Below, one piece after another: positions 29,306 to 38,647 of a DNA stretch of 64,000 nt (its first letter is position 1; every line of letters starts with the position of its first letter). The notes beneath the pieces are model-generated. The model saw only the letters and a list, made by a program, of their open reading frames with translations, ran no database searches and was not told the DNA's origin. The DNA is from an uncultured Candidatus Micrarchaeota archaeon (GTDB taxonomy: Archaea; Micrarchaeota; Micrarchaeia; Anstonellales; Bilamarchaeaceae): the NCBI GenBank assembly GCA_963714085.1, contig OY970229.1:96001-160000 (forward strand), written 5' to 3'. Made by a program: the position numbers and the translations under genes.

Positions 29306-30547
29306 TCATCGCGAATATTTTTCCCGTATCTCATTGACCGCGGTCTCGAAGTGGCTCACATGGACCGGCCCGTGGCGGTACGCCTTTCCGGAATAGGTCT
29401 CGCGCGTGTCGCTCCAGCCGCCCAGGTGCCCGTTGCTGTTGAACGCCAGGAGGTCCAATGCGTTATTGAACATGCGGAGGGACGCTGGCGAGGCCATCAT
29501 TCTCATATAAGCGGCCGCATCCGGGAAGTACACGAGCGCGCCGCCCGTGCTGAAGTCCGGGCAGCCGTAATCCCCAGGCACTCCCTGGATCCCCTGCCCG
29601 TCCCCTGGGAAGATATCGTACACGGACATGGGATGGCGTCCGGCCAGGGCGTGCGCCACGTCCTCGTTGATGACGACCTTGGGCTTTCCAGATGCCGCGG
29701 CGTAGATCCCTCCGAAGGCGAACGCTTCCAGGTCGCAGTACTCCCTGGGGTAGCATCCGTCCATGGAGTCGTGCATGAAGAATATGTCGGTTTTCAATGC
29801 GATGCCATGGGGGACGTGGAGCGGAAGCGCGTCGTTCTTTTCCACGAACACGTATCTCACGGTCGCGGGTTTCCCGAAGACCTCGAGTTCGAAAACAGCG
29901 CCGCCGTCGCTCTTGTGGAAATCCTTTTGCACTATGTACGGCGCGATGAGGAGCTTCGCGAATTCCTCGGCAAACTCTTCCGCGTGGGCTTTGAGCTCGG
30001 TGAAAGTGTACGAAACCCTGACATCCGCTATCCGCTGCAGCATGAGCCCGAATTGTAGCACCGCGATGTGCGTCCCTGCCGCGGGATACGTTATATCGAC
30101 CGTGTCCCCGCTTTTGAGGCCGAGGAAGCGCACCATGTCGGCATAGGGGAGCCTGGAGATGGTCTCGAGCGAGTTCATGGGCGCGCCATCCATCCTTATG
30201 CGGCTGAAATGCTTCAGGAAATCCGGGTTCTCCAGGGAACAGATGTCCGTGCTTCCGGACGATCCTTTCTTGCATTTTTCCATCTGCCCGCCCGCGGGTC
30301 TTTCCGCGGCCAGAGCCTGGGAAGACGGGGTTTTTTGCTCCTGATGCCGCTTGTTTCCTTTCGACATCAATTTGAAGAAGGCCGAACTCAGCGGGCCATG
30401 GTCACGTGTTCCGTCCGAGGCTGGTTTGAGCGAGCACGCGCCCGATGCAAGGGCGCCTCCCAGAGCGAGGAGCGGAAGATATCTAGCCAGCTTGCGCTGC
30501 AGGCGCCCGGTTCGGGCTCTCTCTGGCTGCATCTGGCGGACAGGCAT
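29306..30547 (-). CDS. Hypothetical exported protein, possible lipoprotein (orphan)
   Basis: Arg-rich N-terminus, hydrophobic LPLLALGGALASGAC; TATA-like TTTTTAAA upstream. Confidence 0.7.
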   Translation of the reverse strand: MPVRQMQPERARTGRLQRKLARYLPLLALGGALASGACSLKPASDGTRDHGPLSSAFFKLMSKGNKRHQEQKTPSSQALAAERPAGGQMEKCKKGSSGSTDICSLENPDFLKHFSRIRMDGAPMNSLETISRLPYADMVRFLGLKSGDTVDITYPAAGTHIAVLQFGLMLQRIADVRVSYTFTELKAHAEEFAEEFAKLLIAPYIVQKDFHKSDGGAVFELEVFGKPATVRYVFVEKNDALPLHVPHGIALKTDIFFMHDSMDGCYPREYCDLEAFAFGGIYAAASGKPKVVINEDVAHALAGRHPMSVYDIFPGDGQGIQGVPGDYGCPDFSTGGALVYFPDAAAYMRMMASPASLRMFNNALDLLAFNSNGHLGGWSDTRETYSGKAYRHGPVHVSHFETAVNEIREKYSR

Positions 30548-30707
30548 ATAGTATAATATGGTTAGAAGTGTTTAAAAATAAGACTTTGTGGCCATATCTC
30601 CGGGCAGGTACGCGATCCGGATCCGGACGGACTAAATCGGCTCGCTTAGCTAAAGATTATAAAAAGATTCAATTCATGTATGAGCAACATATAATGGGAG
30701 TGAGCAT

Positions 30708-31655
30708 ATGGCAAACGCAATTGGAGGCATGCCTCTTCAGCACAGTACGCGCAAGGACGTGATAAGCGTCGGATGGAGACCGGCAGTGGAACGCCGATTT
30801 GACGCGAACCGGTACAGGCCGATCACCGGATGCATCGAAAAGCTGGACCGCGGCAAGTCGTTGGTAGTGAAGGCCGCGTTCGAGATGGACCCGAATGGAT
30901 GGACGGGTTATGACTATCACCTGGGCACAGCAATAAACCGCACCGAGCGCCACTCGGGCGGAGGCTTCATGCAGCTGGAGTGCATGGAAGACGGGATAAA
31001 GGCCGTTGATTTGCTGCAGCAGGTCTACGACCTGTGCGCCCTTCTCTCCCATCCGCGGATCTGGTACGACCAGTCCTGGTTCAGGGCCTCGCGCGGGGAA
31101 TACGCCATCGAAGAGGCCAGGGCCGTGCTCAGCATCGAGAAATCCGATCCGGTCTTCGGCAGGCGTGATAGGACATTCGCCGGAGCCTATTATCCGAGCC
31201 GTGCCAAGATCCTGAGGATCATAGAAAGGCTTACGACGCCCGAGGCGCAGGATGACATAACCGCCATGGTGGACATGAGGCGCATGATAAACTTCGACTC
31301 GTTCTGCATCTCCACGCACCCTGGAAGGACCGACGATGGCAAGAATTGGGAGCTCGCGCATGAGAAGATGGCCGCGAGGGCGATCTGGTACATGAGGAAC
31401 AACCCCTGGCTGGAGACCTGCTGGGAGCACTGGATGGACGTATCCGGGCCGCTCGATATGCCGAGACCCTACGCCTCCATCAATGAGCTCGGCATGCTGG
31501 ATAGGACCGACAGGCTCAAACTCCTCGTCCCATTGCTGAGCCTGCTGAAAAAGGACCAGAGCATACACCTGGTCAAGGCGAATACGTCGGTGCAGTCGTA
31601 CCTGGTTGACATCACGGGCAAAGACAGGCTGGATGGAGACCATCAGCGAAAGTGA
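30708..31655 (+). CDS. Hypothetical protein, paralogue A of tandem orphan pair
   Basis: Collinear similarity to 31660-32556 (MINFDSFCISTHPGRTD.GKNWELA.EKMAAR.IWYM). Confidence 0.8.
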   Translation: MANAIGGMPLQHSTRKDVISVGWRPAVERRFDANRYRPITGCIEKLDRGKSLVVKAAFEMDPNGWTGYDYHLGTAINRTERHSGGGFMQLECMEDGIKAVDLLQQVYDLCALLSHPRIWYDQSWFRASRGEYAIEEARAVLSIEKSDPVFGRRDRTFAGAYYPSRAKILRIIERLTTPEAQDDITAMVDMRRMINFDSFCISTHPGRTDDGKNWELAHEKMAARAIWYMRNNPWLETCWEHWMDVSGPLDMPRPYASINELGMLDRTDRLKLLVPLLSLLKKDQSIHLVKANTSVQSYLVDITGKDRLDGDHQRK

Positions 31656-31659
31656 CGCT

Positions 31660-32556
31660 ATGAAAAACACGGCTGAAAGGGAGTTTCTCGGATGCAGCAA
31701 GCGCGGGGATGCGATAAGCATCGGATGGAGAGCGAAGGACCGTGAGCCCATCATCGAATTCATCAAAAGCCCGGGCACCCCCCTGGAAGTGAAGATGGCG
31801 TTCGAGGTGGACGGCCGGAGCAAGAAAAGACATGATTATCGCTCGGCCAAAACAACGGACTGCCCGGATGCCCACTTGGGCGGCGGGTTCATGAGGCTCA
31901 AGTGCGTGGAAGGCGGGATAACGGCCGCGGAACTGCTACGGCCGGTCTACGACCTGTGCGCCTGGCTCCCCCATCCGCGGATCTGGTACGAGCGGTACAT
32001 CTGGCCCGAGCCAATGCGCTCCCGCGGGGAATACGCCATCGAAGAGGCCAGGGCCGTGCTCGGTCATGGGCAATCGAAAGCGATCTTCGGCAGCCGGGAA
32101 TTCGCCGGGGTGTTTTACCCCAGCTACGCCAAGGTCCTGGGCATCCTGGAAGAGTTTACCACGCCCGGGGAAGAAGCGAATGATGAAATAACGAGGATGA
32201 TCAACTTCGACTCGTTCTGCATCTCCACGCACCCCGGAAGGACCGACGCTGGCAAGAACTGGGAGCTCGCGCAGGAGAAGATGGCCGCGAGGGTCATCTG
32301 GTACATGAAAAACAATCCTTTCGCGAACAGCGGCTTTGACCGCTGGCTGGACATAGTGGGGCCGCTGGAGATGCCAGACGGCTTCCATTCCATCGATGAG
32401 CTGGGCAAGCTGGATGGGGCCGACAGGTTCCACCTCCTCGTCTCAGTGCTGAGCATGCTGAAGGGGGACGACAGGCTGCACCTAGTCAGGACAGGGATAC
32501 CGGTGGAGCTCTACCTCAACGGCGTGATAACCAGGCACAGGCCGGGCGACGACTGA
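31660..32556 (+). CDS. Hypothetical protein, paralogue B of tandem orphan pair
   Basis: ATG 4 nt after the stop of paralogue A; shares its motifs throughout. Confidence 0.8.
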   Translation: MKNTAEREFLGCSKRGDAISIGWRAKDREPIIEFIKSPGTPLEVKMAFEVDGRSKKRHDYRSAKTTDCPDAHLGGGFMRLKCVEGGITAAELLRPVYDLCAWLPHPRIWYERYIWPEPMRSRGEYAIEEARAVLGHGQSKAIFGSREFAGVFYPSYAKVLGILEEFTTPGEEANDEITRMINFDSFCISTHPGRTDAGKNWELAQEKMAARVIWYMKNNPFANSGFDRWLDIVGPLEMPDGFHSIDELGKLDGADRFHLLVSVLSMLKGDDRLHLVRTGIPVELYLNGVITRHRPGDD

Positions 32557-32599
32557 TCCTGCGTGGAGGATCAGGCCCGAAGTGAATGTGTCAAAAGAA

Positions 32600-32626
32600 G
32601 GTAAGACATAATTTTATAAAAGGTTT
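32600..32626 (+). promoter_or_regulatory. Archaeal TATA promoter block, identical copy at 33935-33961
   Basis: GGTAAGACATAATTTTATAAAAGGTTT present before both methyltransferase-like paralogues. Confidence 0.8.
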
Positions 32627-32642
32627 TCAGCAATAGATAACG

Positions 32643-33884
32643 ATGGCAGAAGGACCAGTTCATTCACCTCCAATCGCAAGGCCGGCTGCGCCCAGGACGC
32701 TGTTGGATGTCGTCAAACGCCACGCGCCAGAGATCCACGAGCGCATCGCAGGGCCGAGAAATCCGGAACTTGATGCGCTCTCCTATATCGTGAAACGGGC
32801 CATGGCCTCCCAAAGCGAGGACGACCCCGCGCTGAGGTCGCAGATACACTCGCTGCCGCCGGAATCCATCGCGACGATACTGCTCAAAGCATACCGGCCC
32901 AAAGAGAGCTACGCCATAATGATGAGCGGCCCGGAGATCATCGAGTTCATCGCCCGCTGGAAAGGGGACGCGGAGAGCATCCCATCGCCCTGGCCCGCGT
33001 GGTTTATCCCGAGCCGGCCAGCTTGCGGGGAAACAAGACCCGGTTCTTTGCAGTCATTCGCGGAATTTGTGGAGAGATGGCATGCTGAACCGAAGCCCGG
33101 ATGCGACGCGGACCCCGAGGTGGCGTCCTCCGAGTTTTCGGCTGTTTTCGCCAATGTCCTGAAAGGCGTGGAAAGCCTGGCCGCCAGGAACTCCGGACTG
33201 CTCGCGGGGCTGGCCGCGGACGCGTGCGAGTTCATCGCCTGCCTCCTGGCCACGCAGCCGGAAGCCGCGGCCGCACGTTTCGTGATTACGGACATGTTGA
33301 TCGCGGATAAGCGCACCATCTCGGATATGCAGCCCGAGGGAACGTATGCCGACATCGGTTGCGGAATGAGCGGCGTCGCCTGCATGCATGCGCTGGACAG
33401 GCGGCTTGTGCTGGTCGACAATGACGCGCTGATGACCGGGATCCTCGCGTCATACGCGCGGAGGACGGGCAGGGGGAATGCGGAGGTCAGGAACACGGAC
33501 ATCACCTCGGGCACCTGCGATGAGGGCTCGTTGGGATTGGCGAACGTGGAATACGTGCTCCATTACCTGTCCGAGGGGCAGATAGTCGATGCGATACGCA
33601 ATCTGGCCCCTGCGCTCGCGGACAACGGGCTGATGCACATATGGGAACCCGAGGAAGGATGCTGCAGATTCGAGAGCCCGGAGAAGATAAACGCGATAAG
33701 AATGGGGCTGGCGGGGAGCGGCCTTTTTTTCTTTGAGAGGAGGATAGAACTGCGTTCCATCTGGTCGCCCTTGGTCAGGTCGAAATGGGACGTCGAGTTC
33801 GTCGCCGCGAGGAGAAGGGAGGAGCTTGAGAGGGCGATGGCTGTGCGGGATTCGGCGTTGCAGTCGCAGGATCCGGATCCTTAG
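32643..33884 (+). CDS. Class I SAM methyltransferase-domain protein, paralogue A
   Basis: YADIGCG, LVLVD, VLHYL, LAPALADNGLMHIWE in the C-terminal half; unknown N-terminal half. Confidence 0.8.
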   Translation: MAEGPVHSPPIARPAAPRTLLDVVKRHAPEIHERIAGPRNPELDALSYIVKRAMASQSEDDPALRSQIHSLPPESIATILLKAYRPKESYAIMMSGPEIIEFIARWKGDAESIPSPWPAWFIPSRPACGETRPGSLQSFAEFVERWHAEPKPGCDADPEVASSEFSAVFANVLKGVESLAARNSGLLAGLAADACEFIACLLATQPEAAAARFVITDMLIADKRTISDMQPEGTYADIGCGMSGVACMHALDRRLVLVDNDALMTGILASYARRTGRGNAEVRNTDITSGTCDEGSLGLANVEYVLHYLSEGQIVDAIRNLAPALADNGLMHIWEPEEGCCRFESPEKINAIRMGLAGSGLFFFERRIELRSIWSPLVRSKWDVEFVAARRREELERAMAVRDSALQSQDPDP

Positions 33885-33934
33885 CCGCGCGCCGGAGAAT
33901 TCAAAACCAACCCGGACGATATGTGTCCAAAAAC

Positions 33935-33961
33935 GGTAAGACATAATTTTATAAAAGGTTT
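33935..33961 (+). promoter_or_regulatory. Second copy of TATA promoter block
   Basis: 27-nt exact match to 32600-32626. Confidence 0.8.
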
Positions 33962-33971
33962 CCGCCAATAG

Positions 33972-35135
33972 ATGATAATGGCGATCATACGCACTGCCCA
34001 TTCCACTCCAGGCCCAGCGCAATCCAAGCCGGAAGCCGTCCGCGCACCGGGGATACTCGAGCCCATCATCGGGCAGAGGAGGCGGGGGCTGGACGAACTC
34101 TCCAGCGCGGTGAAGAGCGCCATCGCTTCCCAGCGCGGGGTGGATTCCACACTGAGGGAGCAGATAGACTCGCTGTCTCCGGCATGCGTCGCAATGATCC
34201 TGCTCGGCACATACCGGCCCAGGGAGACTCATGAGCTTGGCATCAAAGACCCGGAAGTCATGGCGTTCGTGGCTCGCTGGAAATGGGGCGGGGAGAGCGT
34301 CCAGCTGCCTCTGCCCCGGCTCGATGAGACTTCCGGTGAAGGGGACATAGGAAAAGTTTTGGATTTCATCAAGGTCATGGCGGCAAAATCGGCTTTTTTC
34401 AACGAGGTCGTGGAAAGGATCGGAAAGCTGACCGCGAGGAACACCGGACTCCTGAGGAGGATAGCCGCGGACGCTGGCGAGTTCCTCTCCTGTTTCCTGA
34501 CAGAGCAGCCCGAAGCCGCTGGCTCGCAGTTCAGTTTCGAGGAGGTGTCGTTCGTGAACAAGCTGCGGATATCCTCCATACAGCCGGAAGGGGTTTTCGC
34601 GGACATCGGCTGCGGCGAGGACGGCCTCATCTGCGTGGACGTATTGGACAGGCCGCTCCTGCTCACGGACAAGAACGCGCTGGTGACCGGGATGCTCGCG
34701 TCCTATTCGTCGAGACAGGGCAGGGAGGACGTGGACGTCAGGACCGACGACATCGTTTCAACGTCGTACGAACCCGGCTCCCTGGGACTGATCAACATGC
34801 AGCTCGTGCTGCATTACCTTTCCGAAAGGCGGATAGCGCGTGCGATAGGCAACCTGGCCCCCGCGCTCGCGTACAACGGGCTGATGCACATAGTGGAACC
34901 GGAAGCGGGATGCTGCGGCTTTGACAGCCCTGGGAAGATAAGCGTGATAAGGAGGGAGCTCAGAAGGCACGGCCTTTTCGTGGCTGAGGGGCTGATGGAA
35001 GAGAGGAACCACCCTTCGTGCCGGTTGGAAAAGCGGTCCATCGTGGAGATCGTCGCCGCGAGGAGGGAGGAGGACTTCGGGAGAACCTCGGCCACCAGGG
35101 ATCCGGACGGGTCCTGGAAGCTTGGCGAAAGTTAA
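33972..35135 (+). CDS. Class I SAM methyltransferase-domain protein, paralogue B
   Basis: FADIGCG, VLHYL, LAPALAYNGLMHIVE; collinear with 32643-33884. Confidence 0.8.
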   Translation: MIMAIIRTAHSTPGPAQSKPEAVRAPGILEPIIGQRRRGLDELSSAVKSAIASQRGVDSTLREQIDSLSPACVAMILLGTYRPRETHELGIKDPEVMAFVARWKWGGESVQLPLPRLDETSGEGDIGKVLDFIKVMAAKSAFFNEVVERIGKLTARNTGLLRRIAADAGEFLSCFLTEQPEAAGSQFSFEEVSFVNKLRISSIQPEGVFADIGCGEDGLICVDVLDRPLLLTDKNALVTGMLASYSSRQGREDVDVRTDDIVSTSYEPGSLGLINMQLVLHYLSERRIARAIGNLAPALAYNGLMHIVEPEAGCCGFDSPGKISVIRRELRRHGLFVAEGLMEERNHPSCRLEKRSIVEIVAARREEDFGRTSATRDPDGSWKLGES

Positions 35136-35154
35136 AAAAGCATGACGGGGTTAG

Positions 35155-36084
35155 GTGAGCAGTGGTGAAATGCCCCCTGCCAAAAAAATCTGGATGAACG
35201 GTAAGTTTGTGAACTGGAAGGACGCTCATGTCCACGTGCTCACCCACGCGCTCAACTACGGGACCGCGATATTCGAGGGCATACGATGCTACGACACGCC
35301 CGACGGACCGGCCGTGTTCAGGCTGAAAGACCATCTTCATCGGCTGCACGACGGCATAAAGTCGTACGAGTTCGAGTTCGACTTATCGATAGATAAGATG
35401 TCCGCCAACGTGAAGAAGCTGATACGCATCAACAAGCTCAGGTCCTGCTACATCAGGCCGATATGCTATGTGTCCAGGGTCGGCATCGGGCTCGACACTA
35501 GGGGCTCGTCCTACGGATTCGCGGTCACCGCGATCCCCTTCGGCAAGTACTACGGAACCAAGTCCGACAATGGCATCACAGCAATGGTCTCGAGCTGGAG
35601 GAGGATAAAGGCCACGATACTCTCCCCGCACGTGAAGGCGAGCGCGAACTACATGAACTCCGTGCTCGCGAAAAAAGAGGCCATGGAAGAAGGTTTCGAC
35701 GAGGCGGTGATGCTCAGCGACGAGGGCCACGTGTCCGAGGGCACGGGCGAGAACATCTTCGTGGTCAAGGACGGCGCGCTCTACACCCCGCCGCTCTACG
35801 ACGCGGTCCTGGCCGGCATAACCAGGGACTCGCTGATGAAGGTCGCGAGGGACATGGGGATAGCGGTCTACGAGCAGTCCATGCTCAGGGACGAGCTTTA
35901 CACCGCGGACGAGGTCTTCCTGAGCGGCACCGCGGCGGAGATAACCCCGGTCAACCAGGTGGACCACCGGAGGATATCCAAGGGCCCGGGCCCCATGACG
36001 AAAAAGCTCAAGGACACGTTCTTCAATATAGTGAACGGCAAGGACGAGAGATACATGAACTGGCTGGACTACGTGGGGAAGTAG
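35155..36084 (+). CDS. ilvE: Branched-chain amino acid aminotransferase
   Basis: HALNYGTAIFEGIRCY, YIRP, KASANY, EGTGENIF, LAGITR, GTAAEITP. Confidence 0.95.
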   Translation: MSSGEMPPAKKIWMNGKFVNWKDAHVHVLTHALNYGTAIFEGIRCYDTPDGPAVFRLKDHLHRLHDGIKSYEFEFDLSIDKMSANVKKLIRINKLRSCYIRPICYVSRVGIGLDTRGSSYGFAVTAIPFGKYYGTKSDNGITAMVSSWRRIKATILSPHVKASANYMNSVLAKKEAMEEGFDEAVMLSDEGHVSEGTGENIFVVKDGALYTPPLYDAVLAGITRDSLMKVARDMGIAVYEQSMLRDELYTADEVFLSGTAAEITPVNQVDHRRISKGPGPMTKKLKDTFFNIVNGKDERYMNWLDYVGK

Positions 36085-36113
36085 GCCGGTTCCAAGCCAG
36101 AATGATCCGCGAG

Positions 36114-37112
36114 TCAGTCCGGCTGTGTGTTATTCAATGTGACCAGTATCGTCCTGACCGCCGTGACGTTGTTGGCGTTGTCATTGATATACAGGGTCAC
36201 TTCCGAAGGCATCTGTGCGGCCCCCAGGTCGAATAGGGCAGTGCCCTTGACCTCGGCTTCGGGTTCGATGATTCCGCTCTGGAAAGTGCCGCCGTCGACA
36301 GCGTACTGGTTGTTGTTATAGTCCACTATCCTCATGTCGGAATCGAAGAGGTACGTCGGCTGGCTTCCGCGGTTCGTGACCTGCAGGTCGAGCCGGATGT
36401 ACCGCTCGGTGGCCGCGGGCTGCACCTCCTGGTAATACCCTGCCCGGACGACCGTGAAATCCAGGCCGAGGTTGGTCAGCTCCACATACCTGTTCTGGAG
36501 GACCGAGGCGTTCAGGTAGGTGTCCTCGGGCGTCAGCACATAGACCGCGCAGGCGGAGCCGTTGAGCACGTATCCGCTCGGGCAGCCGCAGGCCCCTGGG
36601 TTGTCCGTCAGCGTGCCGTTGTGGCATTGCTCGGGCTTGGTGATGCTGCACTGGCCGGAGAGCGTGCCGTCGGAGCACCTGAGCAGGCACGTGTCCTCGT
36701 AGGCATCAGAATTCGCCGGGCATCCGCACCTGCTGGCCTTCTCCACGAGATTGAGGTTGAGATCGCAGAACATGGGCTTGTCCGTGGCGCACGCGAGCTG
36801 CTTGGTCCCGTCGCTGCACGTACCGCTGGATACGTTGGCTGCCTTCACCGGGGGGCATTCGGACGGGTTGTCCACGGTCGAATTGTCCGGGCACACGTAT
36901 TTAGTCACGCTGGCGTTCTGCGCTGGCGCCTGCGGAGGACAGTTGGCCAGGTTCGTGACGATCGTCCCGTCCGGGCACGCATACGTCTGCACCGGCGCCT
37001 GGGGCTGGACCGTCTGGTTAGCCGGAGCCTGGCTTTGCATCGTGCAGCCAGAGACGAGGATCCCCATAAGGAGCAATACGCACACCACGAGGTTCGATGT
37101 TGTCGGTTTCAT
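36114..37112 (-). CDS. Cys-rich surface/lipoprotein with C-terminal DUF4352-like Ig domain
   Basis: LVSGC lipobox-like signal; repeated C(P/S)DGT motifs; LQVTNRG...IVDYNNNQY...IEPEAEVKGTALFD. Confidence 0.75.
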   Translation of the reverse strand: MKPTTSNLVVCVLLLMGILVSGCTMQSQAPANQTVQPQAPVQTYACPDGTIVTNLANCPPQAPAQNASVTKYVCPDNSTVDNPSECPPVKAANVSSGTCSDGTKQLACATDKPMFCDLNLNLVEKASRCGCPANSDAYEDTCLLRCSDGTLSGQCSITKPEQCHNGTLTDNPGACGCPSGYVLNGSACAVYVLTPEDTYLNASVLQNRYVELTNLGLDFTVVRAGYYQEVQPAATERYIRLDLQVTNRGSQPTYLFDSDMRIVDYNNNQYAVDGGTFQSGIIEPEAEVKGTALFDLGAAQMPSEVTLYINDNANNVTAVRTILVTLNNTQPD

Positions 37113-37219
37113 GATACCATAAAGAAGTCAAGCGATTTAAATGTAACGTACGCCCTTTCCGGGCCCGCAGCACCGCCACTTTTTAAAACCCAACTAACCT
37201 AACCCCATAACTTAGCGAT

Positions 37220-37333
37220 GGGGTCATGGGCTAACCTGGTAGACTGAAGCCTTCGGGTGGAGCTTCTGACTTGCAAAAAAAGTCCGAGCTTCAGTAAAAG
37301 GCTTTGATCTGTGTTCAAATCACAGTGACCCCA
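37220..37333 (+). tRNA. tRNA-Pro(CGG) with 41-nt intron at canonical 37/38 position (intron 37258-37298)
   Basis: Acceptor GGGGTCA/TGACCCC, anticodon stem AAGCC/GGCTT with loop TT-CGG-G|A, T-arm CTGTG-TTCAAAT-CACAG; intron folds as a hairpin (GGAGCT/AGCTTC, GACTT/AAGTC). Confidence 0.9.
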
Positions 37334-37390
37334 ATTCCTATTTCTCTCCGTCCGCACCCAAAAGCTATTTTAACCAGTTTCAAGCCTAAT

Positions 37391-38614
37391 ATGCGCATGC
37401 AGCTCACCCCGAAGATATCGAAACTGAGCCCCGAGCTCATGGAAAGCTTCATCGAACTGGGCAGGAAGCTCGGCATGGAAGTCACCACCAATACGTCGAT
37501 CGCGTTCTTCGAGCTGGAGGACATAGAGAACGCGAAGGTCCGCAAGCACGCGGAGAAGCTGCTCAAGAAGGCCGAGGAGGAGGTCAACGCGCTCTCGGCC
37601 TCGAGGCTGTCCGGGATGCAGGAGGAGCGCGTGCCGGCCATGCGGCAGGACAAGCTGCGGCGGGTCCTTCCGGGAGTGCGCGAGGAGCCGGCCAGGCCGT
37701 CCAGGCAGGCCGAGATCGTGGAGGAGTCGAGGATGCGCCTGCTGCAGGGGAACAGAAAATTCGTCTCCGAGTCCGGCGCGTTCCGCGCAGCCCCGGAGCC
37801 CACGGAATACAACGCCATAGTAATAACATGCAGCGATGCGAGGTGCGAGATAACCAGGGTCGAGGACTACGGCAGCGGCATGCTGGTGCTCCAGGTCGCT
37901 GGGAACGTGGTTTGCGACGAGGTCAAGGACGCGCTCTCGAAACTCGCCAAGGGGGGCGAGATCATAGTGTGCGGCCATGAGGACTGCGGCGCGTGCAAGG
38001 CCAAGAAGGACAAGCCTGCTGCGAGCGACGGGCTGCTCGGCAGCGTGAGGATAGAGCGCAAGGGCACGGACGACATATTCGGTGCCAACGCGCTCAACCA
38101 GGCGGACATCATCGCGGCACTTCCGGAGGTCCGGGCGAAGAACGCCAAGGTCAGCACCGTCCTTCTGGACAGCAGGAGGCTCTCGCTCCTCTCCGGGGAC
38201 CCCCACGGTTTCGTGGAGCAGCTGCAGACCAGCTCCATGGCGCTCATGCGCGAGGACAGGGCGGCCGGCAAGAAGCTCTCGCACCAGAGAGCGCACACGA
38301 TAGTCATCGCGGACCCGCTGGACCTTGGCAGGTTCACCAATCCGCGCAGGATATTCGGCGCGGGCAAGAACGAAATCTTCGTAGTGAGCGCGGTGAATGG
38401 GAAGTTCAGCCCCGAGGCCATCGGCAGCATAGAATACGCGCTCTCCCACGTGGAGGGCCTGAAGGATACGCCGCACATCGTGATACTGCACACGAACAAG
38501 GAGATAGCGGACGAGATGGAGAGGGTGCTCAGGAGGAAGCTAGGCACCAGGTGGCTGGGCATGACCATCATGGTGTACAATCCGAAGAGCGGCGAGGCCA
38601 ACATAGCGATTTAA
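37391..38614 (+). CDS. Beta-carbonic anhydrase-fold protein with N-terminal extension and degenerate second CA domain
   Basis: VITCSDAR, VAGNV, CGHEDCGA in domain 1; IFGAGKNEIFVV and AIGSIEYAL...IVILH without the Cys ligands in domain 2. Confidence 0.75.
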   Translation: MRMQLTPKISKLSPELMESFIELGRKLGMEVTTNTSIAFFELEDIENAKVRKHAEKLLKKAEEEVNALSASRLSGMQEERVPAMRQDKLRRVLPGVREEPARPSRQAEIVEESRMRLLQGNRKFVSESGAFRAAPEPTEYNAIVITCSDARCEITRVEDYGSGMLVLQVAGNVVCDEVKDALSKLAKGGEIIVCGHEDCGACKAKKDKPAASDGLLGSVRIERKGTDDIFGANALNQADIIAALPEVRAKNAKVSTVLLDSRRLSLLSGDPHGFVEQLQTSSMALMREDRAAGKKLSHQRAHTIVIADPLDLGRFTNPRRIFGAGKNEIFVVSAVNGKFSPEAIGSIEYALSHVEGLKDTPHIVILHTNKEIADEMERVLRRKLGTRWLGMTIMVYNPKSGEANIAI

Positions 38615-38647
38615 ATACAGTTCGCCACGTAATATAACTATATACAA

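Noticed and set aside
30708..35135. Diversity-generating retroelement TR/VR pairs behind the paralogue similarity
   Set aside because: Mismatches in the near-identical tracts inspected are not adenine-specific, both copies are intact ORFs, and no reverse transcriptase is seen in the window.
15164..35135. Orphan-rich stretch as a provirus or integrated plasmid
   Set aside because: No integrase, capsid, terminase or replication gene recognised; the orphans are interleaved with housekeeping genes on both strands.
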